From an uncultured Acidimicrobiia bacterium (GTDB lineage Bacteria; Acidobacteriota; Terriglobia; Versatilivoradales; Versatilivoraceae): a DNA stretch of 64,000 bases. The notes under the pieces were generated by a model. That model was given only the letters and a program-made list of their open reading frames with translations. It ran no database searches and was not told where the DNA came from. Below are positions 20,511 to 33,055 of the stretch, piece by piece; within the stretch, counting starts at the first letter, position 1; each line of letters opens with the position of its first letter. The position numbers and the translations under genes were made by a program. Location: NCBI GenBank assembly GCA_963810905.1, contig CAWEPG010000006.1, positions 406,824-470,823 on the forward strand. The letters run 5' to 3'.

Positions 20511-21534
20511 TAAGGTGAAGTGCCGTATTGTCATCTAGACATCGATATTCCGCAATCGCCAAAGTCCAGGTTATCGCCACAAAGTGAGAAATCCTTGAGC
20601 TCACCTCCTGCCCACGGTTTTCACTTCACGCCGATTTTCTCCTTTCTCAGCTTCACAAGAAAACTTAGCAAAAAACTCTTGACAATCATTTTGTCATGGA
20701 TAAAATTCGCAATTGACCAAAGTTCAATTATTAAACCTTTTTTCTGAACTGGATTCACCAGGAGAAGCGTTGGCGAGTTCCTTGCGATGATTGGCAGATC
20801 AGGAGGCCGTTTCAACCTGCTCTTCCCCGACCGGCATTTCATGGCGCGTGCCAGCGCAAGAGCAGAGGTCTTGGACTTACTGAGAAAGCCGTTTGCGCAG
20901 ATTGTGAATTATTGGGAAGGTTAATCCAAAAAAACGATTTCCCGCTGGTGATCCTGGTGAGTGAACTGTCAAAACGACGCGAATATGAGGACCTGCTGCT
21001 TTTGATCACGGCATTCGTCCATCGGACCACTCGATGAGGAGTGGTAATCCGATTTTTCGTATATGGAATTTTGGATATCTTCATAGTTTTATAATGAACA
21101 GAGTTCATTTTACTTGCTATTGGATTCCAAAGGCCATTGGAATCAGTCATTTTATCCAAGGGTGATTTTTGAATTCTTTTGGAACACTGATTGCACTTGT
21201 CACAGTAGCGTCAAGACTAGCTAGACTATAAGTTTCTACTGGGTTTAACCGCAGGTTTAAAGCAGGGGCGAATTCCAGATGCTTTCTTTATCCACCCTTA
21301 CGGAGAGGGAAGTAAGGCTAATAAGGAGTTATCTCGGATTCGTTCGCCTTGACTTTACTCAACCATCGAGTTTTTGAAATTTGTTCAGAAATTCAAAGGG
21401 GATTCGATGGTTTTTGGCTTTACGAAATTGACGAGCCGGATCTGCTACCTCAGACACGTAATTCAGACAGCTATTAGGGGGCACAACTTGTTTTCTGGCC
21501 TAAACTTCATTTGAAAATATTCAAGGAGGAAATT

Positions 21535-24500
21535 GTGGAAAATAGTTTCAATCGAACGTCAATGCTTGAGTTGATGAAGCATCCTAGCGAAAGGTTTCTT
21601 CTTTCCCTCACGACCCATTGCATCCTCCTCTTCCTTGTGATGGTCTGTTCTTCCCCCCTCTGGGCTCAGGTCGAATTCGGCACGATCGCGGGTACCACTC
21701 ATGATTCCACAGGTGCGGTGGTGGCGGGGGTCGACATCACGGTGACCAACGTGAATCGGGGAACCGAAGTAAAGACGAAAACGAATGAAACGGGCGACTT
21801 TGTAGTTCTTAATTTAATCCCTGGCGACTATACCATTACGGCCGCTATGAAGGGCTTTAAAACGCTGCAACGCAAAGGATTCAATCTTCAAGTCAACGCA
21901 CGTGTAGCGGTTGACTTGGTCTTACAAGTCGGAGAATTGTCCGAAACCGTGGAAGTCACAGGTGCAACGCCCTTGCTTCAAACGGAGTCATCGACGGTAG
22001 AAAGCGTGATCTCACGTAAGGCCGTATCCGAGCTTCCGCTGAATGGTCGGACAGTGTTTCAGTTAGCGCCTTTGACCGCCGGTGTGACCAATGGAATCTC
22101 AACCATAAACGCCAACAACGTGGACATCCCTGATAATGCGCGTGTTAAGCAGGGGCTATCCGTCAACGGACAAATGCAAGCGACCAATACCTACATTCTC
22201 GATGGTGTTTATAATAACCAGATCAACCAGGGGCTGATCGCCGTTCTGCCCCCGCTAGAGGCGATCCAGGAATTTACGGTTGAGACCAGCAACTTTAACC
22301 CGGAGATTGGGCGAGGGGGTGGGGTTGTCAACGTGACCCTCAAGTCGGGAACGAATGCCATTCACGGGCAGATCTTTGAATACCTCCGCAATTCTGTTTT
22401 GGATGCCCGTAATTTCTTCGACTATACCGCAAAGAAGCCGAACTTCGTTCAAAACAATTTTGGGGTCGCCGTAGGGGGACCCATCATTAAGAACAAGACA
22501 TTTTGGTTCTTCGATTATCAGGGGTTTCGACAAAGAAAGGGAAATAGCTTTGTGACCACAGTCCCCTCAGCGGCTCTTCGGAGCGGAAACTTTCAAGGGA
22601 CTGGCCGGCCAATTTTTGACCCGGCGACTTTCCATCAGGTAGGAAGTACCTATGTCCGTGATCCATTCCCCAATCAGACGATTGACCCATCTCGCTTCGA
22701 CCCGGCGGCCGTTAATGTCCTTAAATACATCCCACTCCCGAACGGTAATTGTTCAACGACTTTAGTCAATGGTGAAGGCTGTTATTACAGCAGCGCGTCC
22801 CGCCAGAATGATCAAAACGCATTCGATGTGAAAATTGACCAGATTTTCAGTGAGAAACGATAAGATCTCAGGGCGTTACAGCTACGGCACTTCGCACACG
22901 GTTCTCCCCGGCGCTTTCAGTAACATCCCCGCATACGCGCCGTCGGTTGGGGGCGCATTGGGTTCGGGTGGAGCAGGCTTCTTGAACGGGATTGTGGATA
23001 ATCCGGCTCAAAATTTGGGGATTCAGTGGATCCATAACTTCAACCCCACCACCATCAATGAATTCCGGGTCGCCTATATTCGTTCCGGAGCCGGATGCTG
23101 TCCAGCTTGGTTTTGGGAATAACTATGCCACCGACGTCGGTATTCCAGGAGTGAATGTCACTGACAATAACAGCGGGTTCCCGGGAATTATCATTAGTGG
23201 TTATGGGTTACTCGGTGACTCTCCTTTTTTCCCGCTCGATTGAAATCGAAAACGTGTATCAAATCTTGGACAATGTCACCTTTGTTCGAGGGACGCATAC
23301 TTTAAAGGCTGGGGTCGATTACCGAAGAGTACAGCGGAATTTCACGCAAATTTTGGGTGCTCCCGCTGGTTCCTTCGACTTTAGTACTTCCTTCACCTCA
23401 GACCCTAATAACCCGAATAATACCGGGAATTCCATGGCCGACTTTCTTCTTGGGATTACAGACAACGGCTCCTTAATCCGGAATTCCGGTCTGGCGGGCT
23501 TACGGAATACTGAGGCTGGAGTTTACTTTCAAGATACATGGAAGTTGAGCGCAAACTTGACGTTGAATTATGGATTGCGCTGGGACCTCTTCACCCCACA
23601 GACCGAAAAATACGATCGGATCAGCAATGTTGACCCTGTTCAGGGGATTCTGATCCTCCCTGAGCAAGGAGGCAGTAACCCTGCCTTTTCCACTCGGGCC
23701 ATGTATGCAACCCGCTGGAATAACTTTTCCCCGCGTATAGGACTTTCTTACCGGTTAGGCGAAAAAACAACCGTTCGCGCTTCCTTCGGGATTTTCAAAT
23801 TGGGCCAGGGCCAAGCCGGATTCCAGCTTTCCTTGAACCCACCGTTTGTCGGAGGAACGAATTACACAAACACCCCGACACCACAACAGATTAACTATGT
23901 TCTTAGTCAAGGCATTCCCCCGACAAATCCCTTCGTCCCCATCAACCAGCCTGTCGGTAGCCTGAATGCCTTTGAGGGGAACAACCCGACCGGCTACACC
24001 CAACAATGGTTTTTCGGAATTCAGCGGCAGCTCACACCCACTCTCGTTTTTGAAGCCGACTATGTCGGGAGTACTGGGATTCACATTCTCGACCTCTGGG
24101 ATCCGGACCAGGCGGCCTTGGGAACAGGTCCTGTAGAACCGAGACGGCCCTATTACAGTACCATGCCTGGTGTTACGGACTGGCGTTACCAGGAGGCTCG
24201 AGGCACGGCGACCTATAATAGTTTGCAAACAAGCCTGACGAAGCGCTTTTCCTCAGGGATGTCTTTTCTCGTCAACTACACTTGGTCTCATGCCATGGCT
24301 CAGGGCAGTGGCATTTTCGGACCCGGCGCGAGCCATCAAAATATGCAGGATTTAAATGCCGACCGGGGTTTGTCACAGACTGACGTCCGGCAACGGTTTG
24401 TCGGCAACTGGCTCTATGAACTTCCTTTTGGGGCAGGGAAGAAATATAAGAGCGATGCGAAAGGAGTTACCAACCAACTCATTGGAAATTGGCAGTTTGG

Positions 24501-24927
24501 AGGGATTCTCCAGATCCAAAGTGGATCTCCAGTCAACGTCACTGGCGGAGCTGGCCGGCCCAATCGAAGTTGTAACGGCAATCTCGACAAAGGAACAAGA
24601 AATAATACCCAGTGGTTCGACCCAGCTTGTTTCCCCATTCCCGCTCCGGTTCCTGACACGGTTAACGGAGGGGTGTACACTCCGTTCGGAAACTCTGGCG
24701 GGAACGTGATCATTGCGCCGGGGTTAAATAACTGGGATTTGTCGATATTCAAAACTTTCCCAATTACCGAAACGACATCAATCCAGTTCCGCACCGAATT
24801 TTTCAATGCCTTTAACCACACCCATTTTGGGGTGCCCAATACGGCCGCAAATCAGTCCTCCACGGGGGTGATTTTTTCTGCAACTGACCCCCGCAATATC
24901 CAGTTTGGATTGAAGTTTATCTTCTGA
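21535..24927 (+). pseudogene. TonB-dependent receptor with N-terminal carboxypeptidase-regulatory-like domain, split by about three 1-bp frameshifts between 22840 and 23250
   Basis: Four collinear ORF fragments (21511..22863, 22835..23122, 22992..23243, 23155..24927) together give about 1,150 aa. A Cna-B/CarbopepD_reg-like region is followed by plug and barrel patterns, and the C-terminus ends with an aromatic residue. The start is GTG 21535 after AAGGAGG, or ATG 21562. Confidence 0.7.
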
Positions 24928-25118
24928 CGTTTTCGTAGGGGTGGAGCCTCCGCCAACTGGCGGAAGCTTCATCCCTTCTTTCCTTCGATTTCTCCATTCT
25001 AAAGAGGAGCTGTGAAAAAATTGCCGATCCGGCTGTAGGGAACCCTCGCCGCAGCGTTCCCGGTTGCCGTCGGATCACTGAGGGTTATGGTTTAGATATC
25101 GGGGGATTGCAGGATTGG

Positions 25119-25205
25119 TAGCCACGACGAATCCGCTTTCAAATTCGTCGTGGGTTGTCCCAACGCCAGAGAAAAGCCCACGGCGAGAAAAGCGCTCGCC
25201 GTGGC
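25119..25205. repeat. dispersed intergenic repeat, copy 1 (two hairpin modules)
   Basis: The sequence ccacgacgaatccgctttcaaattcgtcgtgg...gaaaagcccacggcgagaaaagcgctcgccgtgg is about 85% identical to 47371-47460. Confidence 0.5.
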
Positions 25206-25409
25206 TACCCAAGCAGTACCCATTCAACCCCCAAAAACTAACCCATTACCACTAAGACATATTTCTGATTCCATTCAGATCCCAAATTTCGTAAAATCCC
25301 CGTTTGCATTCCGAAGACTTGGACAAATCTCAGTGAATTTATGGGTGAAGCATCCGGCAGTCGACAGACCGGTCCGTCAGCTGACGGATGCTTCGCCCCT
25401 ACAGAAAAA

Positions 25410-26213
25410 ATGACCCATACACAGCCTATTCGTAGCGAACGCCTCATTCAGGTCTCTCCCGAAACCTTAGTGGAGCTGATCAAAGGCATCAGTGTTTGTC
25501 CCTTCGCCTCCGGCAGTTCGGGCGCGATCGGGTTCAGTACTGGCTTTGCCATCTTAAGTCCGGGTGCACGTCTACCTTATCACACTCATCCCTGCAGTGA
25601 ATCGATTACAACGATTAAAGGGCAATTGGAGGTGGCCGTTGAAGGGAGGACTTACCACCTGTCGGCATTCGATTCGATTCACCTGCCGGCTGGTGTGGCG
25701 CACATGGTAGCAAACCTTGGAAAAGATGAGCGAACCGTCGTGCTGACAGCATTCCCAACTGCAGAAATTAGCCGGACGCTGGTGCCGGACGAATATACAA
25801 GGGTGGATCGAAAGAATCTGCTGTCTGGGCCTGATGACCCGGAGTCTCTAACTCGCTTCATGGATACTGCCGAGTACGAGCCATATCCAAAGGCAGCATT
25901 CAAAAATCTTTTTTCCAGTCGTCCGGGTTTAGCGGGAATCTGTGGAGGATTTGTGCGGCTCCTGCCAGGATCTTCTCTGCCTTGCCACACTGTTTCTTAC
26001 GATGAGACGAGTACGATCGTCAAGGGACAGGCCACCTACATTGTGGCCGGGAGGAAATACTCTCTGAGTGACGATGCAACCATCTTCGTGCCGGAGGGGA
26101 TTCCGCGGCAACTGGTCAATGAAGGGAGTGAGACGGTGGAGCTGATCTGGGTCTATGCGGGAGAAAAACCCGAACGCACGGTCATTGATCCCCAATTTTG
26201 CGTTCCCCAATGA
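25410..26213 (+). CDS. bicupin protein (two cupin barrels)
   Basis: There are two cupin motifs, (YHTHPCSESITTIKG...HLPAGVAHMVAN) and (CHTVSYDETSTIVKG...FVPEGIPRQLVN). The chosen ATG has a weak RBS, so the start is uncertain. Confidence 0.55.
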   Translation: MTHTQPIRSERLIQVSPETLVELIKGISVCPFASGSSGAIGFSTGFAILSPGARLPYHTHPCSESITTIKGQLEVAVEGRTYHLSAFDSIHLPAGVAHMVANLGKDERTVVLTAFPTAEISRTLVPDEYTRVDRKNLLSGPDDPESLTRFMDTAEYEPYPKAAFKNLFSSRPGLAGICGGFVRLLPGSSLPCHTVSYDETSTIVKGQATYIVAGRKYSLSDDATIFVPEGIPRQLVNEGSETVELIWVYAGEKPERTVIDPQFCVPQ

Positions 26214-26233
26214 TTGATGTGGGAGAATAGAAT

Positions 26234-29200
26234 CTAACTCAGCCGGACTCTTACGGTGCTCGTCTCGAACGGTTTGAGAGGTACCCATACTGAACGAGTA
26301 TCGGACTTCAGCTTGTCACCGCTTCGCTCGCGGGCATCGCAAGCCAGTGCCGTTTCAATGCGGCGACCCGGCAGGTTGAATTGAACTGTTGCGTTTGATG
26401 AAGCATTTCCCCCTTCATAGAGGCGCAAGATTACGCCGTCACCATCCTCAGCACCCTTAAATCCTGCCAGGTAGACGTTCCCCGGAGCAATCTCCAGGAA
26501 ACTGCGAGCTGGCTCATTCCAGGCTCCTTGTTGTGCTCCTTGTACCTCATAAACTTGCAGTGGACTCATGAAGCTCCACCCGAATCGATGAGCATCATCA
26601 TAGGTCCATTCAGCTCCATGCGTGGTCATTGCATAACGAAAGAGATAATCCCCCCCTTGAGCGATGGGAACATCCACGACCCAGTGGTTGTACATCAGCA
26701 ATGAGTACAGCCAGCCGCGCGTCAGCCAGTTGTCGTCTTGCATGGTAAGCCAGGGCAAATACTTGTCGGTGTGAATTCCTCCGAGTTGAACGATTGGCGC
26801 GTCGATGGATGACCAAAGAACCCCGTAATCATCCCGAGAGATCGAAACCCAATGCCGAGCCACGTAGTTGTCGCGGATGGATCCTGGGATCTGATCCAGG
26901 TCCGGCTGCATTACGGCGCCAGGGACATCGATTTTGTAGGTGTTCTGATGGGTCAAATTGTCTGCCCAGAAATGATAGTGCGTGGGGACTGCAAAGGGGA
27001 AAGCATAATGGACAGATTCTTTTGGATAAACCGGTTTCTTCATGATCCGATTGTAGAATTCAACTCTTTTAAGGCCTGAGTAGAGAATGATCTCGTGCTC
27101 AAATTTACAGAGATACTCAACGTGACCGGATACCTTAAGGCTGGAGTAAACCGGGCCAGAAGCGCCTTTGGTGATGACAACGTCCTGCATTGGGATTTCT
27201 CCAAGCAGCTTGTACTCCCGCTCAGTCAGGCGTTGATGGAGGCGGTACACGAGCTGGTTGAATCCGTGTTCGGCTCTGGGGTCCACGAATTCACGCTTGA
27301 GTTCTTTGTCGAAGAGGCTGGCCAGGGTTCCGTCTTTTTCACGGAGCGTCAATCCGAAGTGCTCATTCTCGAGGGTCTTCTCTCCAACCGCGGGTGGGCT
27401 TCCAGCCGGTGTAGGGCTGCCGGCTTCAATAGAGTAAGCTCGATATCCCAGCGACGGAATATTCTCACCATGGAAGACAAGTGTGTCGGGCAACCCTTCT
27501 CGCTTTTCGATTTGGTAAGTGATTTCGCGTCCGTTCTGAACATTGACTAGCCGGAAAGGCTGTTTTGCCGATTGCGGGACTGGCGTGCGCACAATTTCAC
27601 TACGATTCCAGGAAAGTGGATTCCAGACGACAAGTGAAAGCGGAGAAGCCGTTCGAACATTACGAGATAAAGTCCGCAAGGTTTCTTCCCCGATTTTGGC
27701 TGCGCCTTCATAGGCCGCCCTAGCATGGCCGGATTTTTCCTCCCAGTGATGTTTCCCGCCACCCTGGGCCTCGTCCACATAAATGTCGGCCCGAATGTCC
27801 CACCATTCAATCGTGTGCTCCTCCCAGAGGAGCAACTGGTTGTAAGCAGCGGAAAATTCATTTTGACGAGCAGGACCTTTGGACGCCCATTGAGCAAGCG
27901 TTGCAAGCCGTTCAACATCGGGCAGGTAGTTCTCCGTATGACGTCCCACAGCCGCGGCGTTGGCCTCCCCCAGCTGTAGGTCAACCCAGCCATCCGGCAC
28001 CCCGCCACGCAGGCGAGGGATACGATCTTTGTACCTCTCTTCTGCGACGCGAAAGAACTCAGGAATCGTCGAAACACGCAATTTCGGGAACGCCCATTCC
28101 GCATTCCAATCCCGGACCACCTCAGAGAGCTGTTTGAAAGGAGGGGTAAAATCAGAGGCGACCTGAAGCGCGATGACGTCAAATGGATAGCCGTTGCGTT
28201 CATGCCGGTCAAAGTATCGCGCGATCGTTCTCTCCCCTTCTTTCATGTCGATCCCTTTAACATTTCTTCCGGTATAAGGGTCCTCAAAGGTCAAAAGATC
28301 AAACCCTTCCACATATTGGATGGGTCGCCAGATGAGAATCTCGCTTCCTTCGGGCCCCTCCAGGTAAAATAGCGTTGGTGCGTTTCCATTTTGCATATTG
28401 TCCCGGTCGCCATTGGAGCCCATCACCAGATATTTCAATCCTGATTTTGCCATCACTTCCACCAACGCCCAGGTGAAACCATTGACGTCATCGAGGATGG
28501 CTCCTTCCAGATTAATTCCAAAATCTCGAGTCAAGTGATTCGTTGCATAGTAAACGCTGCGATGAAGGGTCTCCAGACTCATGAAGTCGGTATCCATGCT
28601 GCAATACAATCCGCCAATGGTCATCCTTCCCTTCTTAATCCATTCCATAACCTGGCGAACCTTCTCATCACCACGGCTCTTGCGGTAATCTTCCATCAGG
28701 TAACTGACTTCAATATTCCAGCGAAATTGAGCGTCATCCGGCCAATCGCTGGTTTCCGCACAAAATTTCACCGCGTCGTCAATGTACGGGATAAACCGCT
28801 CCCGCAGTTTTGAAGGCAAATCCAGGAATCCGGGGTCCTGGTGTGAATTATGGATCAAGTAGATCTTCCACTGCCGGACCGGTTTTACCTGGGTCGAGGT
28901 CTCCAGGACTTTGCCGTCGGTTTTCAAGGTGAATTGAGCGTTCTCCGTCTGTTCGAGGGGGATGATGGGAAGATAATATTGACCGGCTATCTTTCGAACC
29001 TGTGATAGATCGTATTTCTCCGATCGCTTTCCAATGATTGCTTCAATGCTGGATCCAATGCCGGCAGAAGGTACATTGGCTAGTAGAATCTGCCGGAGCT
29101 GGCTGCCTTCTCGGCTAAAGAGATGACTAAGCCTGACTTGAAAGGCATTGTCCCGGGGATACCCCTGGGCAAACAATGGAGTGCTGGCAGCACAGGAGGT

Positions 29201-29272
29201 GCAAGCAGCTAGAAGCGTATGCAGAAAGTCACGGCGTGTTGCGAAGTTGGCAGGATCCATAGGCATCACCAA
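26234..29272 (-). CDS. glycoside hydrolase family 38 alpha-mannosidase, TAT-secreted
   Basis: A twin-arginine signal (TRRDFLHTLLAA) is present. The GH38 N-terminal catalytic pattern (IYLIHNSHQDPGF...) and C-terminal beta-sandwich region are homologous to the three other GH38-like genes in the window. Confidence 0.8.
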   Translation of the reverse strand: MVMPMDPANFATRRDFLHTLLAACTSCAASTPLFAQGYPRDNAFQVRLSHLFSREGSQLRQILLANVPSAGIGSSIEAIIGKRSEKYDLSQVRKIAGQYYLPIIPLEQTENAQFTLKTDGKVLETSTQVKPVRQWKIYLIHNSHQDPGFLDLPSKLRERFIPYIDDAVKFCAETSDWPDDAQFRWNIEVSYLMEDYRKSRGDEKVRQVMEWIKKGRMTIGGLYCSMDTDFMSLETLHRSVYYATNHLTRDFGINLEGAILDDVNGFTWALVEVMAKSGLKYLVMGSNGDRDNMQNGNAPTLFYLEGPEGSEILIWRPIQYVEGFDLLTFEDPYTGRNVKGIDMKEGERTIARYFDRHERNGYPFDVIALQVASDFTPPFKQLSEVVRDWNAEWAFPKLRVSTIPEFFRVAEERYKDRIPRLRGGVPDGWVDLQLGEANAAAVGRHTENYLPDVERLATLAQWASKGPARQNEFSAAYNQLLLWEEHTIEWWDIRADIYVDEAQGGGKHHWEEKSGHARAAYEGAAKIGEETLRTLSRNVRTASPLSLVVWNPLSWNRSEIVRTPVPQSAKQPFRLVNVQNGREITYQIEKREGLPDTLVFHGENIPSLGYRAYSIEAGSPTPAGSPPAVGEKTLENEHFGLTLREKDGTLASLFDKELKREFVDPRAEHGFNQLVYRLHQRLTEREYKLLGEIPMQDVVITKGASGPVYSSLKVSGHVEYLCKFEHEIILYSGLKRVEFYNRIMKKPVYPKESVHYAFPFAVPTHYHFWADNLTHQNTYKIDVPGAVMQPDLDQIPGSIRDNYVARHWVSISRDDYGVLWSSIDAPIVQLGGIHTDKYLPWLTMQDDNWLTRGWLYSLLMYNHWVVDVPIAQGGDYLFRYAMTTHGAEWTYDDAHRFGWSFMSPLQVYEVQGAQQGAWNEPARSFLEIAPGNVYLAGFKGAEDGDGVILRLYEGGNASSNATVQFNLPGRRIETALACDARERSGDKLKSDTRSVWVPLKPFETSTVRVRLS

Positions 29273-29354
29273 AGAAAGGAGAATTAAGAGGGAGGAACAA
29301 AACGCGATTAATAAACCAATAAGAATTTAGATCTTAAGCAAAAAGGGTAGGCCA

Positions 29355-29410
29355 CAAACTAACTTTTCTTACTGACTTTGGACTCTAGACCTTGGACGTT
29401 GGACTCTTTG
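29355..29410. repeat. degenerate GAC..GGAC tandem repeat related to the 39.7-40.0 kb repeat arms
   Basis: The sequence ctgactttggactctagaccttggacgttggactctttgg lies in the promoter-proximal gap upstream of the GH38 gene at 29272. Confidence 0.35.
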
Positions 29411-29417
29411 GCCAGAA

Positions 29418-32400
29418 TCATGGTTTCCACTGAACAATCGCGCGGACTGCATTGATCGAGCGTTGGCCCGTCTTGAATCGCAACTGGTTTCCACTAGATT
29501 CAACCTTTTCTGGATCGTTTTCCTCAATCAAGCTCGTCGCATTGGCCCGCTCAATCTGGAAGGGGATTTTTAGGCCAACTTCGGTTGAGTGCCCTGCAAT
29601 TTCGTATCCGCGGAGAATAATTCCCTTTCCGTCATCGGCTTTTTTCATTTCGCTGACGATATAATTGGGTGCAGAAACCTGGCATAAGCTCAGTGTCGAA
29701 GGAAGTGTCGGCGCGATTGCTTGAGGCCCGGTGAAGACGGAGGGGAATGGGGCATTCATTTCATTCCCAAACCGCACATTGTTGCGCCAGTCTCCTTCAA
29801 ATGAAGTCAAAGAGAAGTGATATCGATGATCACCCTTCTGCAAGTACCAATTGCCAAGGCCGTGAACACTCTTGCGTGCAGCGAGCAGAAGGGGTTGCAG
29901 CAGTGTGAACTGATCTTTTTTAGCCTCTGAATCCAGATAGTCCCAAACGGCGACTGAGGAAGAGAGCATCACGGTTTGCTTTCCGTCGGAAACCGCGATC
30001 CAATCCTGCACCTCGCGCGGGTGAATATCATAGGGGTGCTGCGAATACCACCCTTTGAACGGAATGGCATCGATTTCATCTTTGCGGACTTCCAATGCAC
30101 CGTAAGGAACTTCGTAGGTAACTTGTCCATCAGTCATGTTGACGGGGAAAGCCATTCGGAATTCTTTGTACTTTTCTCCGGACCAATTAAGAATTTCAGC
30201 ATCAAAGTCGAGACGCTTGTAACGCTTGTAAAGATAAACGTCCAGGCGCAGCGTCGCTTCCTTGAAAGCTTGTTCGATTCTCCAACCCGTGCGAATGGGC
30301 CCGGACTCTAACATTTGCCAGCCGGGATGATACTGGCTGAGTTTTTCAATGTTTTTCCAGGAGGGTTGCTGAAAGGCCCCGAGTTCATGAGCACCGTTAC
30401 CGACAGAGTCCAACATAAAGATTTCACCGCCGAGGAAATGCCTCAGTTTTCAGCAACTCTTTTTGGAGTTGTTTGTCGTAGATATTCTTTACCCCTCCTG
30501 GAACAAGCTCGAGCCGGTAGAATTCATTTTCAAGAACATGGGAACTTAAAGTCTCCCGATTGAAGGATTGTTTCTCTTGAACTGTATAGCCGACTGAAAA
30601 AGTGGAATAGCCAATTGAAGGGATCTTCGTGCAGTCGACAAGGTATTTCACATTTCCACCCGAGGGTTGAGGAATACGCTGCACCGGAACGGCGGTTCCG
30701 TCGGCGTTTACGACTTGGGCTTCCTGCCCCGCGGGTGTTGGTATGTCGACAAGTGCAATCCCCGAACGATCCCAGGATAGCGGATTCAGAACGACCAGCT
30801 TGGACAACTTGGGGTTCACGGGGGTTGCATGTTCTGCAATCCACTCAATGGAACTATTTAACAAGGTCTTTCCGATGAGAAGAGCCTCTTGCTCTTTGGA
30901 CTGGAACTCGATGTCGGTGATTGCTCCACGATACCCTCCGAACCCATGATCCGGATAAATTTGTGCCATCCAGGCATTATCGAAGGTTGACTTAGGGTAT
31001 TGCTCTTTTCCCTCAGAAGCCAAGTCGACCAATGTCCAAAATTTTTCAGCGGAAGCAAGCAACCAGACGGCCTCTCTGCCGGCTGAAACGGTGTCATGGT
31101 GAGTCGGTCCGTGGATATAAGCCCAGACATTTGGCCAATCGCCCTTCAGATCCGGAAATTTGGCTGACGGATTGGACGTGATGGCCTTCATGAAATCCTC
31201 GCCTGTCGAAAATTTCAAATTGAGTCCCATACCGTACTTCTGCTTGATCTCCTTGTCCCAATTGTGGATGAGCGGAACGAGTTCCTCGGTCGGAGGTAAA
31301 TAGTCTGTCATATCTGTGATAGCAAAATGCGGGGGGATATCATTCTTCTGATAATAGTCATCCCAATAGGTAAGCAGATGGGGCAATTTCATAGCCGCAT
31401 CAAGAGGTTGGTAGGGCTCTATGTAAGCCGACAGCCGCCCATACATTCCTTGGGAACCGACAGCAATCTTCGATCCGTCGGGGCTATACCAGTTGAAGAC
31501 CCCAGGTTGAAATCGACCCAGCATCAAATATTTCACCCCGGACTTTGCGAGAATTTGTGGCATCTGCATGGTGACGGACGGGACATCTGTTCCCCAGGCG
31601 GTGACGCAATCCACCTCCGGCCCAAGGTTCTCGCGCATCCATTTCCGGCCGTAATACAACTGACGAATCAGGCTTTCTCCCCTCCAAAGTGACTCATACG
31701 GCTGGTTGAAAGTAGCGCCCCAGCCCAACCGTCCTTCAGCTGTGAGTTTGCGAATTTTTTCAGCTTGAAATGGCGCACGATGCAGGTATTCAATCAAAAA
31801 GAGTGTGGTTTCCATCCCGTAACGATAATCTGGATATTTTTCAAGCAACGGTATTGCCGGGCCAATGACCATGTCTCGCCGCCAGTCAGCAGTAATTTCG
31901 GGCGAGTCCAGCCAGGCAATGTCATTGTGACTATTCGGAATGATATGGATGGTCGCGTTAGCTAGGGAAGTGAGAGGCGGAAGAAGCTGCAAATTGCGTT
32001 CTGCAACGGTTTTGCTGTTCGATAGCACTCTGGCGCGAATTCCCCGCCGGTAGTCGGGCACGACGACGCTCTGCACAAAATCCTTGCGGCCCTGAATAGT
32101 CCCGAAGGTTTCTTTAGTGATTACGGTATTTCCACTCTCAATGACGAGTTCGGCGCCGGGCAGCGACTGGCGGCTCGTGATGGAACCAGCAACCAGTTGT
32201 GTAGTCCCCTCTCCAGATCCCTTCGTTGGGACAGACGCGAGAGATAGGTACAAGTCGTTAAAGCAGTTTTCATTGGCTTGCCGGGAACGAAGCACCATGT
32301 TGCGCAGATCTACCGTTTCTGGCAGTGGTTGGGCCGGGATACCTGCAAAAATATTTAGAGATGCCTGTCTGTCACCAATCTGTAATTGAGCTTTTCTTAT

Positions 32401-32884
32401 CGATTCTAGTTTTTCCCCAAGCTGGGTCTCGACGGCGAAGCCGAGGTCATAAACAATGTGGTGCCATTCCCCGTCATTAATTGAACCTAAGTTGCCCAGG
32501 CTGGGGACACCATATTGAATCCCGACTATATTGAGGGCGTGGAGGGCAACTCCCTGGTAGCCGGCGTAAGCAATGCCAGACTTGCCAAAGCTTACGGAAA
32601 AAGCCACGGAGTGATTCCCTTTGACACGGATCCAGAAATCCAAAACCGGGTTTTCTGCGAGATCGAAGCTGTCGACCATGGAACAGCCTCCACTTTCGTA
32701 GGTAATTTCTTTTGGAGTGTCCAGGGTGATTCGGGTTACGTCTCCCTGCTTGCTCAGCGATGTCGTCCCTGAGCAGGAGTGGACGTCCACTTTGATAAGT
32801 CCTCCCAAAGACGTGAGGGGCACTAAGAGAAACAAGGAAAAGATGACGAGAGTGAGAATGTAGAGGCCGAGGCGCAGACATCAT
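29418..32884 (-). pseudogene. GH38 alpha-mannosidase (second copy), with a frameshift at about 30420 and another just after the start codons near 32878
   Basis: ORF 30424..32835 is the N-terminal and catalytic part (IHIIPNSHNDIAWLD). ORF 29418..30416 is the C-terminal part in another frame. Together they align across the junction with the third copy (..LRTEKFFGGEILQFTAPG.. against ..LKTEAF/FLGGEIFMLDSVGNG..). A signal peptide (MM.LRLGLYILTLVIFSLFLLVPLTSLGG) is restored by a 1-nt shift after the ATGATG at 32884. Confidence 0.7.
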
Positions 32885-33055
32885 GGTGATTTCTCCTCGT
32901 AGTTTGTTAAATCTCCTCCGTTGCTGGAATGAGGGAGGCAATTAATTGGGAACGAAGTAGGGAACGGATGCTGATCCGTTCTCTAGTGAGTGGTGAAACC
33001 ACTTAAGTTCAGTGCTCCGAGACAACCGGAGAACCCTCTTATGAAGACATAACGT

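Noticed and set aside
20839-21159. A 106-aa minus-strand ORF in the 1 kb AT-rich gap upstream of the TonB receptor
   Set aside because: It is low-complexity with no signal, domain or RBS. The region looks like a promoter or regulatory spacer.
24935-24975. Hairpin ggagcctccgccaactggcggaagcttc after the TonB receptor, as a rho-independent terminator
   Set aside because: There is no following T-tract, so I cannot call it a terminator from sequence alone.
25150-25413. ORF 25150..25413 (and 47306..47554), whose peptides resemble each other
   Set aside because: The similarity comes from the dispersed DNA repeat they overlap. Both are arginine- and proline-rich translations of hairpin sequence, not genes.
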